NCBI GenBank assembly: GCA_038212275.1
Contig: JBBQUR010000001.1
Coordinates: 160,001-224,000, forward strand
DNA length: 64,000 nucleotides
Source: Planctomycetota bacterium
GTDB taxonomy: Bacteria; Planctomycetota; B15-G4
Reading direction: 5' to 3'
Below the pieces are notes generated by a model. It worked only from the letters and a program-made list of their open reading frames with translations. It had not been told where the DNA came from and did no database searches. Position 1 is the first letter of the stretch. Every line of letters begins with the position of its first letter. Both the position numbers and the translations under genes were made by a program. Shown here one piece after another: positions 42,284 through 50,590 of the stretch.

Positions 42284-44598
42284 CGCCGCTCCCGATCGCG
42301 CAGCGGTGCGCGCGCAGGTGTTCCGGATGGCGGCGCAGCGGCGGCATTCGAGGCGTCCCCGGATACGGATGCGGTCGATGCGTGAGCAGGCGGGGAGGTG
42401 CCCTCGGGGAAGATGCGTGCGCCCGGAGCCGAGCCGGACTGCGAGAGCGTGTGCGGGTCGAGCGGGCCGCGCACGGCGGCCGCGTCGCCCTCGGCCGCGA
42501 AGACCGGCTTGCCCTGCATGTACTTCGGCGCCACCTGGCCGAAGAGGGCCATGACCGACGGTGCGAGGTCCAGGATGTTCGGCGTGTCGGTGTTGATGGG
42601 CAGGTTGCTGAAGAAGACGCCGGGCACGATGCGCGGATCCACGCAGTGGTCGCCGCTCCAGCTCTTCGTGTTGTCGGTGAAGACTTCCTTCGGCACCGCG
42701 CCGGTCGCGCAGTCCCAGGAATTCCGGTAGCCGCCGTCGTAGCCGACGATGAGGTCCGGGGCATCGAGGCGGTAGGGGCCGTCGAAGAAATCCGCGGCCG
42801 CGAAGACGTCGAGGATCGCGTGCTTGCCGGTCTGCGGATCGATCAGTTCCTTCAGCCTGGCGATGAGCTCCGCCTTCAGCGCGTCGTACTCCGCGCCCTC
42901 GGTCACGATGCCGCTGGCCTCGCGGCCCTTGCGATTGATGAACATGCCGGTGAGACCGAGGCTGAAGGCCTTCGTGCGGCTCCAGTCCACGCTTTCGAAC
43001 CAGTCGCCGCTCGTCTCCTTGCCGTCCTTGAGGAACAGGTAGCCGTTTTCCTTGAGCCACGCATTGAGGTTCACGCCGCGGCGGAAATTCGTGAAGCCGT
43101 GATCGGACATCACGACGAAGGCAGTGTCGGGGTTCTCGACGACGTCCTTCCAGATGCGGCCGAGCAGGTCGTCCATGCGCTTGTAGACGTCGGCGATGGT
43201 GTTCTTGTGCTTCTCGACATCCTTGCCGTGGTTGGCCGGGTGGGTCGGGTCGAGGTAGCGGTAGAACATGTGCTGCACGCGGTCGGTCGTGTCGAAGACC
43301 GTCGTGACGAGGCCCTTCTTCGTCTTGCTCAGCGCGTCGAGGAACATCCTCTCGCGCTCCTCGGCGATGATCAGGCACTGCTCGTAGAAGGCCTGCTCGT
43401 CGATGACCCGCTCGTTGAGCGCCCAGGTGTCCTCGGCGAGGCCCAGCGTCGCGAACGGCCCGAGCTTCTTGGCGAGGTAGATCGAGTACACGCTCGGGTG
43501 GCTGATCGGCATCGCCGGGTTTTCCGGGTCGATGTGGATCGGCGTCATGTAGACGTTCACGTCCGGCTCGATCGCCATGATGTAGAAGCGCGCGATGCCC
43601 TTCACCTTGATGCCGAGGCCCGCCTTGAAGGTGAGCTGGATCCACGGCGAGTATTCGCGCAGGTTCAGGTGGAAGGGTTCGCAGTCCTCGATCTCGAAGC
43701 GCGCGCCACGCTGATCCGCGTCCACGATGAGCGTGAAGGGCACCGTCATCGACGGGTCGCCCCTCACCATGCTGTTGGTGGGGCCCAGGATGCGCGAGCG
43801 GATCTGTCCCTGCTTGTTGCGGCGCAGCACCGTCTGCTCGCCGCCCGTGAACGCCGCGTGACCCTCATGCTGCGCCGTGCTGAAGAAGCCGAAGGTGCCC
43901 TGGCTGCCGCGCAGGTCCGGCACGCACATGCCCGAGAGCAGCAGGCCGTTGAACTTCACCGGCGGGAAGGTGATGGGCACGCGCTGGATGATCGAGAAGA
44001 TGTGCTTCTCGCCGAGCAGCTTCCAGAAGGCCTGGCTTTTCTGGAGCAGCTTGATGCGCGGCTTTTCCATCGGAATCATGTACTTCCCGATGTTCAGCAC
44101 CTTCTTGGCGTTGCCGATGTCCGTGGACGACAGCATCGGCATGTAGGTGCACGGGTCGCGCGTGAGGAAGTCGTAGATGTCGTGGCGCGACGGGTCCACG
44201 CCCGTCGTGAACGACGACCACGCCACCGGCGACATCGACGGGTAGCTGGTGGCCAGCGGGCGGAAGACGCCCTTGTCCGCGAGCCTCTGGAAGTTGGGCA
44301 GCTTGCCCTCGCGCATGAGGCGCGTGGCGATGCCGGGATCCATGCCGTCGAGCCCGAGCACCACGACGCGCTTCACGCGCGCGTGCTTGAACGGGTTGCC
44401 CACGCTGACCATGCGCCAGACGAGCCGGATCGGCCAGATGAGCATCGTGCCGAAGGCGATGAAGAAGGTCAGGATGAGCGCGAAGGCCGAGCCCGCAAAG
44501 GCGAAGCCGGCACCCGGTCCGATGTACGCGTGTGCCTGCTCCCCGCCGAAGAGCACCCAGACGGCGACGAGCGCGGCGATACGCAGCAGCGGCAGCAT
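42280..44598 (-). CDS. Membrane-anchored alkaline-phosphatase-superfamily protein with N-terminal YIGPG motif, ~772 aa
   Basis: Signal ...QAHA|YIGPGAG, TM helix, basic stretch, then GLDGMDP, YPSMSPVAWSSF, DRVQH, VMSDHGF, WSGDH; ATG 44598 with GAGG RBS. Confidence 0.9.
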   Translation of the reverse strand: MLPLLRIAALVAVWVLFGGEQAHAYIGPGAGFAFAGSAFALILTFFIAFGTMLIWPIRLVWRMVSVGNPFKHARVKRVVVLGLDGMDPGIATRLMREGKLPNFQRLADKGVFRPLATSYPSMSPVAWSSFTTGVDPSRHDIYDFLTRDPCTYMPMLSSTDIGNAKKVLNIGKYMIPMEKPRIKLLQKSQAFWKLLGEKHIFSIIQRVPITFPPVKFNGLLLSGMCVPDLRGSQGTFGFFSTAQHEGHAAFTGGEQTVLRRNKQGQIRSRILGPTNSMVRGDPSMTVPFTLIVDADQRGARFEIEDCEPFHLNLREYSPWIQLTFKAGLGIKVKGIARFYIMAIEPDVNVYMTPIHIDPENPAMPISHPSVYSIYLAKKLGPFATLGLAEDTWALNERVIDEQAFYEQCLIIAEERERMFLDALSKTKKGLVTTVFDTTDRVQHMFYRYLDPTHPANHGKDVEKHKNTIADVYKRMDDLLGRIWKDVVENPDTAFVVMSDHGFTNFRRGVNLNAWLKENGYLFLKDGKETSGDWFESVDWSRTKAFSLGLTGMFINRKGREASGIVTEGAEYDALKAELIARLKELIDPQTGKHAILDVFAAADFFDGPYRLDAPDLIVGYDGGYRNSWDCATGAVPKEVFTDNTKSWSGDHCVDPRIVPGVFFSNLPINTDTPNILDLAPSVMALFGQVAPKYMQGKPVFAAEGDAAAVRGPLDPHTLSQSGSAPGARIFPEGTSPPAHASTASVSGDASNAAAAPPSGTPARAPLRDRERR

Positions 44599-44650
44599 GG
44601 TGATCCTCGGGAGGCATGCCGGGCTGCGCGTCGCGCTCCCGGCGGTCAGG

Positions 44651-45259
44651 TCAGTCGATGAAATGCAGTGTCCGCAGCTTTTCGCGGATGGCAAGTTCCT
44701 CGGCCTCGGGGATGTCCTCGCCGGGCGCGGCGGGGATCAGACCCTTGAGCTCGAGGTAGCGCACGATCGCGTCGGTCGATTCCTCGATGGACTCCTTGCC
44801 GGAGTCGATCTTGATTTCGGCGTGCTCGGGCGCCTCGTAAGGATCGTCCACGCCGGTGAAACCCTTGATCTCGCCTGCGCGGGCCTTCTTGTAGAGGCCC
44901 TTCACGTCGCGGGCTTCCAGCTCGTCCAGCGTGGCGTGGGTGTAGACCTCCACGAAGCTGCCGTGCAGGGCGCGGATCTCGTCGCGCACCGCCTTGTAGG
45001 GCGAGATGGCCGCGGCGATGCACACGGTGTTGTTGCGCGCCAGGAGGCCCGCCACGAAGCCGATGCGGCGGATGTTCGTGTCACGGTCTTCCTTGGAGAA
45101 ACCGAGGCCCTTGGAGAGGTTCGTGCGCACGACATCGCCGTCGAGCAGTTCCACGTTCATGCCGCGCGCGAGGATGACGCGCTGAACGCGCTTGGCGAGC
45201 GTGGTCTTGCCCGCGCCCGAGAGTCCGGTGAACCAGAGAGTGAAGCCGGTGTTGGCCAT
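44651..45259 (-). CDS. cysC: Adenylyl-sulfate kinase with C-terminal extension
   Basis: WFTGLSGAGKTT, LLDGDVVR, LGFSKEDRDTNIRRIG, ISPY, RDVKGLYKKARAGEIKGFTGVDDPYEAP. Confidence 0.96.
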   Translation of the reverse strand: MANTGFTLWFTGLSGAGKTTLAKRVQRVILARGMNVELLDGDVVRTNLSKGLGFSKEDRDTNIRRIGFVAGLLARNNTVCIAAAISPYKAVRDEIRALHGSFVEVYTHATLDELEARDVKGLYKKARAGEIKGFTGVDDPYEAPEHAEIKIDSGKESIEESTDAIVRYLELKGLIPAAPGEDIPEAEELAIREKLRTLHFID

Positions 45260-45352
45260 GAGTAGTCCGGGGGAAAGGTAGGGGATGCAGGACGGGATCG
45301 GAAATGAAACGTTGGAATCGATCCGGCCACGCGAGGGCGGATCGGGCGTGCT

Positions 45353-46336
45353 TCAGCGCACCTTGGCCTCGAGGAACGGAACCTCGAAGACCTTCTCGTG
45401 CATGATCGGGCCGTGCCCGAAGTAGCCGTGCTCGCCGAAGAGCTCGCCGTGGTCCGCCGTGACCGTGATGAAGGTGTTCTTCGGCACGATGTCGTACAGC
45501 TTCGGGAAGACCACCCGGTCCAGGTACTTGACCGTGTTGATCTGGCGCTGGCGCAGCTCGTCCAGTTTTTCCTGGTTGAAGAACTGCGGCACCTTGTCGT
45601 CCTTGATCAGCTTGCCGCCGACGACCTGGCTGTCCAGGTGCTTGAAGACGCCGTGGATGCCCGAGATGCGCGGCCAGTCCTTCGGGTCCTCGTCTGGCAG
45701 CGCGAAGGGGTAGTGCGTCTCGCCGACGTTCAGCATGTAGAAGCTGGGGCGCTCGTCGCTGAACTTCAGCGTGTCGAGCATCTTCAGCATGTCGTTGTGC
45801 TTGTCCATCAGCTGGAAGGTGTCGAAGGCGCGGTTCACGCCGGTCTTGTTGTTGAGCACCGGCAGCGAGACGCGCGCGCCCGTGATGTATCCCATCTCGC
45901 TGCGCAGGAACTCCGGCATCCACAGCGACGGCACGAGCTTCCCGAACTCCATGCCCTCGGTGCCGAAGCGCGTGTTGTAGTTGAGGAAGTCGTCCTTGTA
46001 GTACTCGGACGCGAACACGTTCTCGGGGCTGTGATGCGGCAGCAGGCCCATGAGCAGGTTGTAGTGCGACGGGCCTGTCCAGCTCGCGTAGCTCCAGCGC
46101 CGCTCGATCTTTCCACCACTGATCTTCGCGATGTTCTTCGGCTCCGCCGCCATGAACGAGTCGTAGCGGCAGGAGTCGAGCGTGATCACGATGTAGTTGT
46201 TTTTGCCCTTCGGATCCGGGCGCGACGACAGTCCGCCGGGCATCGGGCGCGGGCCGGGTCGGCCCGCGCCGGCCGCGGGGCCCCTTCCCGGTGCGGGAGC
46301 GGGCTTGCCGCCGAAGAGCTTGTCGATCAGTCCCAT
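45353..46336 (-). CDS. Cytoplasmic sulfatase-like/metalloenzyme-superfamily protein (T-x-P-x-H motif)
   Basis: ITLDSCRYD, ASWTGPSH, ETHYPF, VTADHGELFGEHGYFGHG, EVPF; no signal peptide. Confidence 0.85.
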   Translation of the reverse strand: MGLIDKLFGGKPAPAPGRGPAAGAGRPGPRPMPGGLSSRPDPKGKNNYIVITLDSCRYDSFMAAEPKNIAKISGGKIERRWSYASWTGPSHYNLLMGLLPHHSPENVFASEYYKDDFLNYNTRFGTEGMEFGKLVPSLWMPEFLRSEMGYITGARVSLPVLNNKTGVNRAFDTFQLMDKHNDMLKMLDTLKFSDERPSFYMLNVGETHYPFALPDEDPKDWPRISGIHGVFKHLDSQVVGGKLIKDDKVPQFFNQEKLDELRQRQINTVKYLDRVVFPKLYDIVPKNTFITVTADHGELFGEHGYFGHGPIMHEKVFEVPFLEAKVR

Positions 46337-46433
46337 CGGGAATCTCTCCTCGTGAGCGCGCCGCGGGTCGTCCGTCGGCGCGGGTGCAGTGGGGGTGTGG
46401 CGGCCGGACCGCCTGCGTTGACTTCGCCGTCGT

Positions 46434-47597
46434 TCAGGCCGGTGAGCCGGCCGATGCGGACAGCGCCGCGATCAGGATGTCGGCCACCTCCGGTCGCGTG
46501 AACTCCACGGGCGGACGCGTGCCGCTGCGCAGCATCTCGCGCACCTTCGTGCCGGAGAGCATCACCATGTCCTCGGGCAGCGTCGCCGCCGAGGTCTTGT
46601 TGGTGGCCATCGCGCCGGCCTTGCGGTCCCAGAAGGCGTTCTCGAACATCAGCGGCGTGATGCCGATCTCCTCCGCCGTGAAGCTGCGGATGAAGCTCTG
46701 CGCATCGAAGCTTCCGTAGAAGCTGCCCACGCCCGCGTGATCGCGGCCGACGATGAAGTGCGTGAATCCGTAGTTCTTGCGGATCAGCGCGTGGAAGACC
46801 GCTTCGCGCGGTCCCGCATACCGCATCGCCTGCGGATACACGGCCAGTGCGACGCGGTCCTTCGGGTAGTACTTCGCGAGCAGTGCCTTGTAGCAGTCCA
46901 TGCGCACGCGCGCCGGGACGTCGTCGCTCTTGGTCTCGCCGACGAGCGGGTGGATCACCAGGCCGTCCACGCCCTCGAGCGCGCACTTGGTGAGGTATTC
47001 GTGCGCACGGTGCACCGGGTTGCGCGTCTGGAAGGCCACGATGGTCTTCCAGCCCTTGGCCTTGAAGAGCACGCGCGTCTCGCGCGGCGAGAGGCGGAAC
47101 TCGTTCGCGAAGTCGTACTTCGGCAGGTCGAGCACCCACACCGGACCGGCAAGGTAGTCCGGGCCGATGGAGTCCAGGTACTGCACGCCGGGGTGGCTCT
47201 TGTCGGTGGTGCCGAGGCAACCCCGAGCCTCCTCGTTCTTGTCGAAGCTGTAGCGCTCTTCCAGCGTCATGATGCCGAGCAGGTTGCCGGCTTCGTCCTG
47301 CAGCGCGAGGTCGCTGCCGATGGCGTACTTCGCGTCGCCCTTGGCGGAGAGCGTGACGGGCAGCGGCCACACCACGCCGTTGGCGAGGCGGCACGTCGTC
47401 GCGACGGAGTGCAGGTCGTTGCGTCCCATGAAACCCTCGAGCGGGCTCATGGCGCCGGTGCCGAGCATCTCCAGGTCGCTGGTCTCGCGCGCGTTCAACG
47501 TCACGCGGGGGGCCTTGCGAGCTGCGGCCAGCAGCGCGTCGCGCTGTGCACCGGAGGCGATGCGGTTGATCAGGCGTCCACCATGAGCTGCGATCAT
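46434..47597 (-). CDS. sat: Sulfate adenylyltransferase (Sat-type ATP sulfurylase)
   Basis: HGGRL, SPLEGFM, AFQTRNPVHRAHEYL, MRYAGPREAVFHALIRKNYGFTHFIVGRDHAGVG, LSGTKVREML, EFTRPEV. Confidence 0.97.
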   Translation of the reverse strand: MIAAHGGRLINRIASGAQRDALLAAARKAPRVTLNARETSDLEMLGTGAMSPLEGFMGRNDLHSVATTCRLANGVVWPLPVTLSAKGDAKYAIGSDLALQDEAGNLLGIMTLEERYSFDKNEEARGCLGTTDKSHPGVQYLDSIGPDYLAGPVWVLDLPKYDFANEFRLSPRETRVLFKAKGWKTIVAFQTRNPVHRAHEYLTKCALEGVDGLVIHPLVGETKSDDVPARVRMDCYKALLAKYYPKDRVALAVYPQAMRYAGPREAVFHALIRKNYGFTHFIVGRDHAGVGSFYGSFDAQSFIRSFTAEEIGITPLMFENAFWDRKAGAMATNKTSAATLPEDMVMLSGTKVREMLRSGTRPPVEFTRPEVADILIAALSASAGSPA

Positions 47598-47609
47598 CGA
47601 AAGGGTCTC

Positions 47610-47852
47610 CTACAGGTATCCGAGGTTCTGGAGTTTGCGACGGATCTCGGCGATGTCTTCCTTGGAGAAGGCGTTCGTCGTGCCGTCCGGGGGGTGAGTT
47701 GATGTCTTCTGCAGCGCGCTGTCGCCGACGAGGTCGCGCAGCACGAACACGATGAAGTCCGTCGGGGACGAAAAGCCCGACTCCGCGATCACCTGCTGGA
47801 TCCGCTCGTAGAGCGGCCGCGGGATCTTGACGGTGACCTTGGGTTCGCGCAT
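47610..47852 (-). CDS. Small CopG/ribbon-helix-helix protein with LxxLGY tail (80 aa), first gene of the sat operon
   Basis: MREPKVTVKIPRPLYERIQQVIAESGFSSPTDFIVFVLRDL, ends EDIAEIRRKLQNLGYL; ATG 47852. Confidence 0.85.
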   Translation of the reverse strand: MREPKVTVKIPRPLYERIQQVIAESGFSSPTDFIVFVLRDLVGDSALQKTSTHPPDGTTNAFSKEDIAEIRRKLQNLGYL

Positions 47853-48026
47853 GGACGGTGGGGCCTTCGTGCGGCGTGGGGGCGTGGAGAAAGGCGTGCG
47901 AAGCGGGGTGCCCGGCTGAGCAGGGATCGGCGGGCCGGCGGAGTGTGGAGGAGGCTGGTTCTCGGTCGGGAGTCGCGGCGAGAGCTTGGATCCGGGTTGC
48001 TCAGGGACCCGATCCGGGTCACTTCG

Positions 48027-48084
48027 CACTCCAATCACACTCCAAAAGGAGTGCGGACTATACCCGCCAGATGCGACGGCGCAA
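48027..48084 (-). promoter_or_regulatory. Putative sigma-70 promoter of the sat operon with overlapping CACTCC/GGAGTG operator boxes
   Basis: Minus strand TTGCGC(48084-48079)-N16-TATAGT(48062-48057); CACTCC at 48027 and 48038, inverted GGAGTG at 48048. Confidence 0.45.
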
Positions 48085-48215
48085 GCACATCCCGGGCCTG
48101 CGGGACGGTGCCTTGAGGCAAAGCGACGAGGTCCGGCCTCGCATCTCCGCGCAGGCCCCGTATTCTGCGCCATTCGGGTTTCATTCCTCCCCCTTCGGCC
48201 CCTGGAGCCATTCCG

Positions 48216-48722
48216 ATGACCATTCGCATGGCACTCGCCGGCAGCCTGCTCGTGCTGCTCGCGGCGTGCGGCACCAAGTCTCCCCAGGCATTGGTGGACG
48301 CCATCCAGGCCGACCTCAACAGCGGCAACTTTCAGGCAGCCAGCATCGGGGCGCAGTCCGCGCTTGGCCTGGAGACCATCAAGGCCGACAAGGCGCTCAC
48401 CTGGCGCGTCGAGAAGATGCAGCTGGACGCGCTGGCAGGAAGCAAGCAGAGCGCCGACATCCTTGCGAACCTCACGCGACTGCGCGCGAGCAATCCTGCG
48501 CAGGTGGATGCGGCCCTCTACGCCTCGCTTGCAGGCAAACTGAGCCAGCAGCACGAGTACCTCGGCGCGATCGACATCGTCCACGCCGGCATCGAGCAGT
48601 TCCCCGAGCAGAAGGCGCGCTTCGAGGGCGAACTCAAGAACCTCACGCTCTCCGCGAAGGCTGCCAGCGAAACCGGCGACAACGCCGCGCTCGACAAGCT
48701 CCGCAGCCTCGGATACCTGTGA
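48216..48722 (+). CDS. Helical lipoprotein with LxxLGY tail
   Basis: Lipobox LLAAC; ends DNAALDKLRSLGYL. Confidence 0.85.
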   Translation: MTIRMALAGSLLVLLAACGTKSPQALVDAIQADLNSGNFQAASIGAQSALGLETIKADKALTWRVEKMQLDALAGSKQSADILANLTRLRASNPAQVDAALYASLAGKLSQQHEYLGAIDIVHAGIEQFPEQKARFEGELKNLTLSAKAASETGDNAALDKLRSLGYL

Positions 48723-49237
48723 ACCGCCGCGCGGCGTCCGTGCTTGCGCTTGCGGCCATGCTGGCCGGATGCGCGGAGCCTTCCGCACAGGAGCGTGCCG
48801 ACGCCGCTCAGGCTGCGCTCAACGGCGGCAAGTTCGCAGCGGCCCGCGCCGACGCGGAAGCCGGCCTCGCCCGCGACGGGACCACGGCGGACAAGGCGCT
48901 CACCTGGCGCCTCGAGAAGCTGCGCCTCGACGCGATGGCCGGAAGCGGAGACGGCGAGGAAGTGCTCGCGAGCCTGACTCGACTCGCGGCGACTCACCCG
49001 GACAAGGTCGATGCGTCTCTGTACGTCGCGCTCACCGACAAGCTTGCACAGGAGGGCAAGTTCGTCGGCGCCATCGACGTCGCGCATGCCGGTCAGCAGA
49101 AGTTCCCCGACAGGGCGGAGTACTTCGACGAAGAGATGACCCGCCTCATGGATGCGGCGAAACGGGCCGCTGAGGGCGGCGACAACACGGCGCTCGACCA
49201 TCTCGCCGGGCTCGGCTACCTGAGCAAGCCGAAGTAG
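48719..49237 (+). CDS. Helical lipoprotein with LxxLGY tail, paralog of 48216-48722
   Basis: GTG 48719 overlapping the upstream stop; lipobox LAGC; shares DKALTWR.EK, VDA.LY, GAID..HAG, GDN.ALD.L..LGYL. Confidence 0.85.
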   Translation: MNRRAASVLALAAMLAGCAEPSAQERADAAQAALNGGKFAAARADAEAGLARDGTTADKALTWRLEKLRLDAMAGSGDGEEVLASLTRLAATHPDKVDASLYVALTDKLAQEGKFVGAIDVAHAGQQKFPDRAEYFDEEMTRLMDAAKRAAEGGDNTALDHLAGLGYLSKPK

Positions 49238-49264
49238 CAGCACCCGGAAAGTTGAAAGGCCCGG

Positions 49265-50407
49265 CTAGGCCAGCGCAGATGCCGCAAGCCATGCGGCCAG
49301 CGCGAGCGCCGCTGCGACCACCAGCGCCGCGACGATCCGACGCCGACGCTTCGAGGCCGAGTGGACGTCGCGGGCCGTCTCAGGCGCGTGCGCCTCGGTC
49401 AGCAGCTCGACCCACGCGCCCGGTGACAGCCAGCCGCTGCTCACGAGGAATTCCCCGAGGCGTACGCCTCCGGCGGCCAGCGCCGCTTCTGCCTGGCGGA
49501 CCTGCGCTGCGGTGAGGCGCTGATCGCGCTGCGCGAGTTGAAGTGCTCGCACGTCGAGCGCGCGTTGCGCGTCCGCCGGAACCGTCGTGTCGTCGCACAC
49601 GAAAAGCAGGTCCGCGGCGCCCGCGATGAGGTGCGCGCCGTCGGCGACCGGCTCGGCGTCGACCACGCGGCGCAAGCCGAGTCGCGTCGGGTTCGTCGCC
49701 GACAGGTCGGTCAGCATCCAGCGCCCGTCCGCGTACGAAAGGCGCGCCTGCAGCGCCGACACGGACGGATCGTCGATGCGCACGTCGCAGCCGGCGCCGC
49801 GCCCGAGGACGGCGCTGCTGCCTGGGATCGGAACGACCGTGGCGTGGCTGCCGATGACGACGACCATGCGCGGCCGTCCCGCCGGCGCGAGGCCTGTGCG
49901 GACGCCGCCTCGATCGGGAGCGCCGCCGCGGGGCGCGCCGGCATCGGGAGCAGCGGATGCGTGCGACGCCGGCGCGGCCGGCCGTGCCGGCGCGACGGTG
50001 GTGCCGTACGAGCCGGCCGCCTGCTGCGCCGCTGCGCCTTCCGTCGTGTCGCCGTCGTCGTCCGTCGCAGCGTCGCCGAGGCGCAGGTCCAGCACCGTGT
50101 TGCCCAGCAGCAGCTGGGTGTCTTCGCGCAGCAGCACGCTCTCGCCCTTGCGCAGAACGGCGCCGCCCGCCACTGTCGTGCCGTTCGTGCTGCCCAGATC
50201 CGTGTAGCGCCAGCGCGCGCCGCCCGAGGCGGCGTCGTCGAGCGGCTGCAGCCGGCCGTGGTGCCCCGAGACCTGGGTGTCGTCCAGCACGAGGTCGTTG
50301 TCGGGTGAGCGGCCGATGGCCAGCGTCGCCTCGAGCGTGCGCTCGGTGACGACCACGTGGTCGTGGATGACACGCAGCGTCGCGGGAACGAAGTGCTGAG
50401 GGCGCAT
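49265..50407 (-). CDS. Tandem FHA-domain protein with MshEN-like motif and C-terminal TM helix
   Basis: FHA1 [11 protein letters not shown]...VSGHHG...[11 protein letters not shown]2 LGRGAGCDV...VSALQA...[21 protein letters not shown]; terminal TM. Confidence 0.85.
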   Translation of the reverse strand: MRPQHFVPATLRVIHDHVVVTERTLEATLAIGRSPDNDLVLDDTQVSGHHGRLQPLDDAASGGARWRYTDLGSTNGTTVAGGAVLRKGESVLLREDTQLLLGNTVLDLRLGDAATDDDGDTTEGAAAQQAAGSYGTTVAPARPAAPASHASAAPDAGAPRGGAPDRGGVRTGLAPAGRPRMVVVIGSHATVVPIPGSSAVLGRGAGCDVRIDDPSVSALQARLSYADGRWMLTDLSATNPTRLGLRRVVDAEPVADGAHLIAGAADLLFVCDDTTVPADAQRALDVRALQLAQRDQRLTAAQVRQAEAALAAGGVRLGEFLVSSGWLSPGAWVELLTEAHAPETARDVHSASKRRRRIVAALVVAAALALAAWLAASALA

Positions 50408-50590
50408 GAGCGTGAGCCGGGGACGTCGGCCGGTCGTGGCCGCGAGGCTCGCGGCCATCCGCGCCGGACGCTAGCCCCGCAGACGGCGCGGATCAAGGCG
50501 CGCGCGCGGTCTTCCCCGCAGCGTCGCGCGCGAACGGCCTCGCGAACGGCGCGGTTGACCGTGACCGCGCGCTCGCGCGACGATGGCGCG

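Noticed and set aside
40106..43645. 1179-aa ORF suggesting a giant fusion protein
   Set aside because: The first ~450 codons are an Arg/Pro-rich off-frame overlap of 42280-44598; the real start is ATG 42283, with a signal peptide
44651..47597. Ordinary assimilatory or dissimilatory sulfate reduction operon
   Set aside because: No cysH, cysI/J, sir, aprAB, dsr or sulfate transporter in the window, though they could lie elsewhere in the genome
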